Shown in pieces: positions 27,487-33,668 of a stretch of DNA of 33,668 bases. The notes beneath the pieces were generated by a model. That model did no database searches, was not told where the DNA came from, and was given only the letters and a program-made list of their open reading frames with translations. The DNA lies in sequence record SRR20825006_530, one strand, 5' to 3'. The position numbers and the translations under genes are program-made. The stretch's first letter is position 1; every line of letters begins with the position of its first letter.

Positions 27487-28944
27487 CTAGCTCGCTTCGC
27501 GCTCCTGGCGCACATCGAGATCATATTCGCGGACCTTGCGATAGAGCGTCGAGCGGCCAATGCCGAGACGACGCGACACTTCACTCATATGGCCTTCATA
27601 GAAGTCGATGGCATACTGAAGGATATCGCGCTCGATATCGCTCAGCGTGCGCAGCTCGCCCGCCTCGTCCTGAATGGCTACCGGGCCGTTCTCGCCGGAC
27701 TGAACGGGCTCGGCGATATCGGGGGCCTTGTTGAAGGGCGATGAAGGCAGGTTGCTCACATCCGGCATCTGTCCGGAAATCTGAGGGAAATCCTGCGGAC
27801 GCAACTGGTCGCCATCGCACAGAACCACAGCGCGGAAGACAGCATTCTCCAGCTGGCGGACATTGCCCGGCCAGTCAAAGGCGTACAGCATCTTCATCGT
27901 CTCGTCGGCCACACCGGTCACTTTCGCGCCTTCGCTGGCATTGAAGCGATTCACGAAATGGTCGACCAGCGCCGGAATGTCATCACGGCGTTCGCGCAGC
28001 GACGGCATGTCAACCGGATAAACATTGAGGCGATAGAACAGGTCTTCGCGGAATGTGCCTTCGGCAACCTGTTGCGACAGATCGCGGTTGGTTGCGGAAA
28101 TGATCCGCACATCCACCTTGGTCGGGCGGCGCGAGCCAACGGCATCCACCTCCCCTTCCTGCAGGGCACGGAGCAGCTTCACTTGTGCATCCAGCGGCAA
28201 CTCACCCACCTCATCGAGGAAAAGCGTGCCGCCATCGGCCTCGACAAACTTGCCGAGCGCTTTTGAGACGGCACCGGTAAAGGCGCCCTTCTCATGACCG
28301 AACAGGATCGACTCGACCAGGTTTTCCGGGATCGCACCACAGTTCACGGTGACGAATGGTTTCCCGGCACGGTCAGATGCGCCCTGAATGCAGCGGGCAA
28401 CAACTTCCTTACCCACACCACTTTCGCCCAGGATCAGGACGGGAATATCAGAACTCGCGGCGCGTTCGGCCAGACGCACGACCTGGCGCATCGGCGGCGC
28501 GGTCGCGATCATGTCGTCAAAGCTCATGCCGCCTTCGGATTTGCGCGAGAGGCGCTTCACTTCCCCTGACAGGGATTGCAATTTCAGGGCGTTGCGGATC
28601 GAAACGACGACGCGCTCCGGATTGGCGGGCTTCACGATGAAGTCCACCGCGCCGCGGCGCATGGCTTGAACGATCGTGTCAATGCCGCTGGTCGCCGTCA
28701 GCATGATGACCGGCAGGTCAGCGCGCTTGGTCGACAGGCGTTCCAGCGTGTCCATGCCCGACAGGCCCGGCATGGTCAGGTCCAGCAGGACCACGTCGAT
28801 GCCATCCTTCGGGTCAGAGGCAAGCGCAAGTCCCGCCTCGCCATCCGGCGCCGTGCGACAGGCAAATCCAGCCTTCTCGACCGCAGCCTGAAGCAGGCGG
28901 CGCTGGGTCGGATCGTCATCAATTACAAGCACCGTCTTGGCCAT
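27487..28944 (-). CDS. tacA: Sigma54-dependent response regulator (REC-AAA+-Fis HTH), TacA-like
   Basis: VIDDDPTQRRL receiver start, GESGVGKE, GAFTGA, FREDLFYRLNV, WPGNVRQLEN and YEGHMSEVSRRLGIGRSTLYRK, resembling Caulobacter TacA. Confidence 0.85.
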   Translation of the reverse strand: MAKTVLVIDDDPTQRRLLQAAVEKAGFACRTAPDGEAGLALASDPKDGIDVVLLDLTMPGLSGMDTLERLSTKRADLPVIMLTATSGIDTIVQAMRRGAVDFIVKPANPERVVVSIRNALKLQSLSGEVKRLSRKSEGGMSFDDMIATAPPMRQVVRLAERAASSDIPVLILGESGVGKEVVARCIQGASDRAGKPFVTVNCGAIPENLVESILFGHEKGAFTGAVSKALGKFVEADGGTLFLDEVGELPLDAQVKLLRALQEGEVDAVGSRRPTKVDVRIISATNRDLSQQVAEGTFREDLFYRLNVYPVDMPSLRERRDDIPALVDHFVNRFNASEGAKVTGVADETMKMLYAFDWPGNVRQLENAVFRAVVLCDGDQLRPQDFPQISGQMPDVSNLPSSPFNKAPDIAEPVQSGENGPVAIQDEAGELRTLSDIERDILQYAIDFYEGHMSEVSRRLGIGRSTLYRKVREYDLDVRQEREAS

Positions 28945-29586
28945 TGCGATTACTACCTTCTCTACAAGGAACCGACGGATCGCCCGTTCCCGAAACCAGA
29001 TGTTTGATACAAAGCGGAACACATCCGTCCCGTATCGTTACGCCCCGTTCTGACACAGCGAGGTGGAAGTCTGGTTGAATCGAAAGGTGAAATTTGACGC
29101 AAATCTGAAGTGTGCGTTGCGCGCGCAGGCTCTCGCGGGTGCGGCCTCACCTTCGAGCTGGCCGCCATGGCCATGCGGCACGGAGACATTCGCGAAAATC
29201 GTGGCGCTCATCCACACGGTTTATTTCAGATTGTTACAAAGTGAAAAACCTGAAAGTTTCTCTCAGACCCGGTGGTTTTCTCGTGCCGATTGTGTCCCCC
29301 GCCCCACTTCACATCCATGCCCCTGTAGCGCGCACAACACGATGCGGAAGGCGCGCCAGCCCCGATCGGATACGTCTTGCGCCCTTTGGCCCCCAGTCGT
29401 GAGCGCCAATATCCGCAAGCGTGACGGATCAACGAATCATAAAATCGAAGCCCGCTCGGACATGAGCGATTCCGGTCTCGATCCGGGCATCGACAAGGGG
29501 GGGAAAACTTCCTAGAGACCGTCCCTTGTTCGGGCCCACAAGCTCGAACCGGATTATAGTAGCTGCGCGGGTTTGGGGACGCAGAT

Positions 29587-29778
29587 ATGCAGGAAAAGAG
29601 ACAGTCTATTTCTAGCGCACAAGACACGGAAGAGGACACAAGCGCAGATCCATTGCGCGACGCACTCAGGAAATCCTTTGAGGAGAGTCTGAAAGCGCCA
29701 CCCTCTGCGAGACTTGAGGAGCTGATGGCACAGCTGCGTTCGAAGGAGCGCAGCCAGGATTCGGACACCAAAGACTAG
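29587..29778 (+). CDS. Small NepR-like anti-sigma factor domain protein
   Basis: Core LRDALRKSFEESLKAPPSARLEELMAQL resembles the NepR helix-(P.P)-helix pattern; GGGGA RBS. Confidence 0.55.
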   Translation: MQEKRQSISSAQDTEEDTSADPLRDALRKSFEESLKAPPSARLEELMAQLRSKERSQDSDTKD

Positions 29779-29793
29779 GCGCGGACGCCGCGT

Positions 29794-30150
29794 TCAGTGA
29801 CGGAACGCAGGCTGGCGGATCAGTTCGGCCAGAATATAACCGGCCATCGCACGATCAAACTCAACCCCGACCGCCGGGCCAACGCGCCAGCGCACCGTGC
29901 AATCGACCTGGAAATGCGGCTCCGACGGGGTCCGGCGCAGCAGCAAGTGGAAGCGGTTTGGCAGATCGGCCCAGTCGCCGACTTTCAGACAGGCCCCGTG
30001 GACCGATAAATCCTGCACGAGAATGCTGCGCGCCTCGCTATAATCCATCAGGACAACTCGCCCGGACGTTTGCAGGCGAACGCGCGTGCTGCGCCGCAAT
30101 TCGGCAGGGGCGGAATCGGCCTGGGTCGGAACGGAAACGAGTTGGGTCAT
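29794..30150 (-). CDS. PilZ domain protein
   Basis: RxxxR (RRSTR) and DxSxxG (DLSVHG) c-di-GMP motifs; C-terminal CTVRWR...VGVEF. Confidence 0.88.
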   Translation of the reverse strand: MTQLVSVPTQADSAPAELRRSTRVRLQTSGRVVLMDYSEARSILVQDLSVHGACLKVGDWADLPNRFHLLLRRTPSEPHFQVDCTVRWRVGPAVGVEFDRAMAGYILAELIRQPAFRH

Positions 30151-30245
30151 GCCCCTACTATGCCCCAGCCCCCATTTGGTTCATTTTTTCCTACCCTGAC
30201 GAGAGTCCGGGCAATCTGGTCGCCTCGGTCGACGCGCCGCCGCGA

Positions 30246-30683
30246 TCAGACAAGGTCCAGCGCGCGCAGCACGGCGCCCTGATCATAATAGGGGCGTTCG
30301 CAGATAATCCGGTCACTGCCCGGGGCGAATTCAAACGTTGCCGCCATGCGCACCTTGAAACGGCGCCCGGTGGGCTCAATCGTGGTCTTGCCGACCTGTA
30401 GCGGGCCGGTATGCGTGCCCGTCAGCCAGAACTCAACCAGAAGTTTGTCGGTCGCCTCATCGACGGCTATCGAGATGATTTCATTGTCCTGATCCGGAAA
30501 GGGCGTGCGCGACAGTTCGAAATAGCGCCGCACCGCGGCCTCCCCGTCGAACACCTGCCCGCCGCCATGCATCTCATACCGGGGATGCGCGAACGTCGCC
30601 ATCACCGCATCCCAATCATGCGTCACCTCCAACGCCATATGGTTACGGACATTCGCGATACGGGCTTCGGTCAGATTGGTCAT
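30246..30683 (-). CDS. SnoaL-like/ester cyclase family (NTF2-like) protein
   Basis: AVRRYF...FPD, LTGTHTGP...EPTGRRF, ERPYYD motifs. GGGGAAG RBS before ATG 30683. Confidence 0.85.
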   Translation of the reverse strand: MTNLTEARIANVRNHMALEVTHDWDAVMATFAHPRYEMHGGGQVFDGEAAVRRYFELSRTPFPDQDNEIISIAVDEATDKLLVEFWLTGTHTGPLQVGKTTIEPTGRRFKVRMAATFEFAPGSDRIICERPYYDQGAVLRALDLV

Positions 30684-30739
30684 TGTCTTCCCCATTCATT
30701 TTCTTTGACCTTCACCCTCGATCCAAGGTTGCGCAAGCA

Positions 30740-30754
30740 TTAACGAAAGGTAAA
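30740..30754. promoter_or_regulatory. CtrA-like box upstream of the large membrane protein gene
   Basis: TTAA-CGAAAGG-TAAA, one mismatch to TTAA-N7-TTAA. Confidence 0.45.
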
Positions 30755-30785
30755 GTTCAACTTGGGTGAGGAGGACGGTGTACAT

Positions 30786-33203
30786 ATGTCTCTCGGAGTT
30801 GAATTTGGGTTTCGGCGCCCGCAATGGATGGGATTTAAGTCCCTGGACGCGTCGGATGGCATCCGAACAGGGGCCGTGGTCTCGATGACGGCGATATGCC
30901 TGCTTCTTTGGCCGCTATCAGACGCCGACCGACAACAAACACCGAATTATGCCCTGCTGGCCGCCCTATGGGTGGGAGCTGTGGCGGCGGGACTTCTCCG
31001 GAGTCACCAGATATGGGCCCGTCTACATTCCGCGCTCGCCGTGAACCCCTCAAGGCGTACGCGCAGTAATGAAAAAATCATCGCCCAAGGCTTGAAAGAG
31101 CTGTTCGTCTATCTGCTGCTCTCACTTTTGGCCCTGTCCGTGCTGGCCTTCGTATCTGGCAGCCCCCTGATTTCGGAACTTGAGCATATACGATTGCGAG
31201 GCTCGGACGCGGAACGCAGTCTTCTACATATCGCAATTTATTGCGCCTTTTTCGCGGGGGCTTTCCTTCCAATTTTGACAGCCATCGCACGCATGGCTGC
31301 AGCAGAAGCCAAGCAAAGCAAGTCGCCTTTGTTCAGGACAGATGTCGTGTCTCGCAACTCGTTGATCACGAGCTTCATAGCCATTGGCGGCATTCTCCTT
31401 TTGGCGTGGGCCGCTGGCGCCGGGTTCTTCTCGATTGATCAGGATCTGGGTGTCATCATCTACCTTGTAGTCATCATCGCATTCCTGGTTTTCATAATCG
31501 CGCCACATCTCACGCGTCATCTGAATCAAAACGAAGAAAATCGCACAGCACGGGCGAGCACCGCAGCGGGCGGCATCGCCAGTTTTGCTCCGGAAGTATG
31601 GGTCAGCCGACTGGATTCGATCCTTGTCCGGCTTGTAGCCCCCTTGTCCGGCGCAACCCAGCATGGAGCACCCGTGCCTCACCTATTGGTAGTCGGTCTG
31701 ATTCTTCCACTATCCGCCATCGGCTTCGTTTTGAGCAGCCCCTTTGGTCTCATCCCCATATTCCTTGCAATGTTGATCGTTATAGCGCTCGGCAGGAGAT
31801 GGGCATGGGTGGAAGCAGACAGGGAAACAGCTTCACGCCTTCAATCGACAGACTTCCGAAAATCGCAGGATATTCATATTGGCTTTGACAACGACCTCAA
31901 GGATGAAGCCCTATTGGGCTATGTTTCCTTCTTTGTTTTGGTCCCCTTGGCGCTGTTCCAGATAGAACAGTTCAGCTTTGCTTTCGATACGGAGCAATCT
32001 CTTGCAAGCATGCCCCCCACACAGCAATTCTACGCGTGGATCAGCTTCTTTGGCGCAGAACTGGCGAAGGCCGTACCTTTTGTCGATTGGTGGGAAATTT
32101 ATCAGGTCGAAGTAAACACCCCCATTTCAGTATCCGACAATGTCGGCAACCCCACACTCGCCAAGCACCTGACCTTCGCCGCACGCGCTCTGGTCGACCT
32201 CGTGATCATGGCGGCTCTATTTCAGGCATTTGGCATATGGCAACGCAGCCGCGCCCAACAGCGCCTGTACGATGCGGGCCACATCAACGCTTTTGATCCC
32301 TTCACGGAACAGGAATTCTTTGAACGTGGCATACGATACGACCACAACGAAAAGACATACATTCCCAAGCCCAGCTTCAGAAAGCGCGTTGAGAAGCATA
32401 GAGAAGCCAGAGAAGAGCTGAAGCTTCCCGCATTTCCTTACAGTCCACGCCGACTTAGCGAGCTGCTGAACTCTCCAGACCCTGATCTGAAGGCAGGTGC
32501 CGAATGGATGGTAAGTGAGTATCGGGTACTTGCCGGGCCACCTGCCGAACAACTTTCACAGCTGGAAGAACAATGGCGGCAGCCTTGCGACTTCCGAGAG
32601 CTGTACACTCAATATCGGGCAACCAGCCACCCGCAAAGGAGGGCTGCTGCCAAAAACACGATAAGAAACGAAAAACTGAAATTCGAGCGACTGTTAGACG
32701 ACCTGATTGAGGCCGGAGCGAACAATAACAAATGGTTCGCTCTGAACCAAGCAAACACCCTACTGAAGCTTCTTGAGCATATCAGCAACTTGCCTGAATT
32801 CGTCTACGCGCACTCCCTGGCGATCGACTATCTCAGCGAACGGCGCGGTCAATTCATTCTGCTTGCTCTTGCCTCCCACACACTCACTGACAATGCCGAC
32901 TCCGTAGCGCCTGCTTGGCGCCGTCAGATCGAGGGAAAATTCAATCGCGTTCCGAACGTCGTTCTAGGCCGCAGTGAGATGCGTCAGATTGTTTATGACG
33001 CGATGGAGCGGTACGCAGACCTCTGTTTCGCGTGGCGGGAAATTTCGAGAATCGAAGAAACCATGAGCTTTTTAGAACTTATGGCCCAGACAGATGCCGC
33101 CGCCCCCGCGCGCTTGAAGGCCGGAACTATCGCCAACCAGTTGCGCAACCGGCTTACAGACCTTCTATCCACCACCACACCGAACACAACAAGAACACCC
33201 TAG
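30786..33203 (+). CDS. Large polytopic membrane protein of unknown function
   Basis: Uninterrupted ORF of ~805 codons with a GAGGAGG RBS; about 10 hydrophobic segments in the N-terminal ~490 aa and a soluble C-terminal ~320 aa. Confidence 0.85.
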   Translation: MSLGVEFGFRRPQWMGFKSLDASDGIRTGAVVSMTAICLLLWPLSDADRQQTPNYALLAALWVGAVAAGLLRSHQIWARLHSALAVNPSRRTRSNEKIIAQGLKELFVYLLLSLLALSVLAFVSGSPLISELEHIRLRGSDAERSLLHIAIYCAFFAGAFLPILTAIARMAAAEAKQSKSPLFRTDVVSRNSLITSFIAIGGILLLAWAAGAGFFSIDQDLGVIIYLVVIIAFLVFIIAPHLTRHLNQNEENRTARASTAAGGIASFAPEVWVSRLDSILVRLVAPLSGATQHGAPVPHLLVVGLILPLSAIGFVLSSPFGLIPIFLAMLIVIALGRRWAWVEADRETASRLQSTDFRKSQDIHIGFDNDLKDEALLGYVSFFVLVPLALFQIEQFSFAFDTEQSLASMPPTQQFYAWISFFGAELAKAVPFVDWWEIYQVEVNTPISVSDNVGNPTLAKHLTFAARALVDLVIMAALFQAFGIWQRSRAQQRLYDAGHINAFDPFTEQEFFERGIRYDHNEKTYIPKPSFRKRVEKHREAREELKLPAFPYSPRRLSELLNSPDPDLKAGAEWMVSEYRVLAGPPAEQLSQLEEQWRQPCDFRELYTQYRATSHPQRRAAAKNTIRNEKLKFERLLDDLIEAGANNNKWFALNQANTLLKLLEHISNLPEFVYAHSLAIDYLSERRGQFILLALASHTLTDNADSVAPAWRRQIEGKFNRVPNVVLGRSEMRQIVYDAMERYADLCFAWREISRIEETMSFLELMAQTDAAAPARLKAGTIANQLRNRLTDLLSTTTPNTTRTP
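33182..33196. promoter_or_regulatory. Alphaproteobacterial LexA (SOS) box
   Basis: GAAC-ACAACAA-GAAC, an exact GAAC-N7-GAAC, 40 bp before the uvrB ATG. Confidence 0.8.
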
Positions 33204-33236
33204 ACACCTCCCTGCCCGCGCCCCATATCGGGGGGT

Positions 33237-33668
33237 ATGGCTCCTCCTCCTCCTTCCAAGGGCGTTTCCGAAGCGCCCAGCGTGTTCTCGCTTGATGGCT
33301 TCGCGCGCGATGCCGCCGGCGCCCTGCCGTCCGACAACTGGACGCCCCACCGGCCTGACCGCGACTGGGTCAAGCTGGAGGGCGGCAAGCGGTTCAAGGT
33401 GCATTCCGAATACGAGCCCGCGGGCGACCAGCGCACCGCGATCCCCGAACTCGTCGAAGGCATCGGCGCGGGCGAGCGCGACCAGGTCCTGCTCGGCGCG
33501 ACCGGCACCGGCAAGACCTTCACCATGGCCAAGATCATCGAGGAGACGCAGCGCCCGGCGATCATCCTCGCGCCAAACAAGACCCTCGCCGCGCAATTGT
33601 ACGGCGAATTCAAGGGCTTCTTCCCCGACAATGCGGTCGAGTATTTCGTCTCCTATTACGACTACTAC
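33237..33668 (+). CDS. uvrB: Excinuclease ABC subunit B (5' part, truncated by the window)
   Basis: Manual translation: MAPPPPSKG...[14 protein letters not shown]...[17 protein letters not shown]...[34 protein letters not shown]. Confidence 0.97.
   Translation, partial: MAPPPPSKGVSEAPSVFSLDGFARDAAGALPSDNWTPHRPDRDWVKLEGGKRFKVHSEYEPAGDQRTAIPELVEGIGAGERDQVLLGATGTGKTFTMAKIIEETQRPAIILAPNKTLAAQLYGEFKGFFPDNAVEYFVSYYDYY

Noticed and set aside
29016-29039. EcfG/sigmaT-type promoter GGAAC...CGTT
   Set aside because: The spacer is 15 nt, shorter than the usual 16-17, and the site is over 500 bp from the NepR-like gene.
29074-29094. Degenerate CtrA site upstream of tacA (minus strand TTCACCTTTCGATTCAACC)
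   Set aside because: Both half-sites are mismatched and the spacing is not 7 nt; too weak to call, although Caulobacter tacA is CtrA-regulated.
30728-33148. GTTGCGCAA repeated at 30728 and 33140 as a possible target-site duplication
   Set aside because: Short and nearly palindromic; the second copy lies inside the CDS and no transposase or integrase is nearby.
33241-33254. (CCT)n microsatellite at the start of uvrB
   Set aside because: Only four in-frame Pro codons; a triplet unit would not cause phase variation.

Overview
GC-rich alphaproteobacterial chromosomal window; gene content suggests Caulobacterales/Hyphomonadaceae (inference). From left to right: (1) a Tad/Flp pilus locus, with cpaF (truncated)-cpaE-cpaD-cpaC-cpaB-cpaA-pilA on the minus strand and a pilus N-domain gene plus two TadE-like pseudopilins on the plus strand; (2) an MFS transporter; (3) the first half of the dcw cluster (mraZ through murG, then murC), with an antisense DUF3291-like gene between murG and murC and no murB/ddl/ftsQAZ after murC; (4) ahpD-ahpC divergent from oxyR, then a MarR-GNAT fusion; (5) a TacA-like sigma54 activator, a NepR-like small protein, a PilZ protein and a SnoaL-like protein; (6) an AT-richer ~805-aa polytopic membrane protein of unknown function; (7) the 5' end of uvrB. 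Readable regulatory sites include an OxyR box, an alphaproteobacterial LexA box, CtrA-like boxes, MraZ-type TGGG repeats, a MarR operator and three terminators. The best novelty candidate is a ~200-nt multi-hairpin element between ahpC and ahpD whose four loops each carry a CCACCC motif. The second is the unknown membrane protein wedged into the uvrB promoter. No rRNA, tRNA, CRISPR array or mobile element was recognised. All calls come from reading the sequence; no searches were run.
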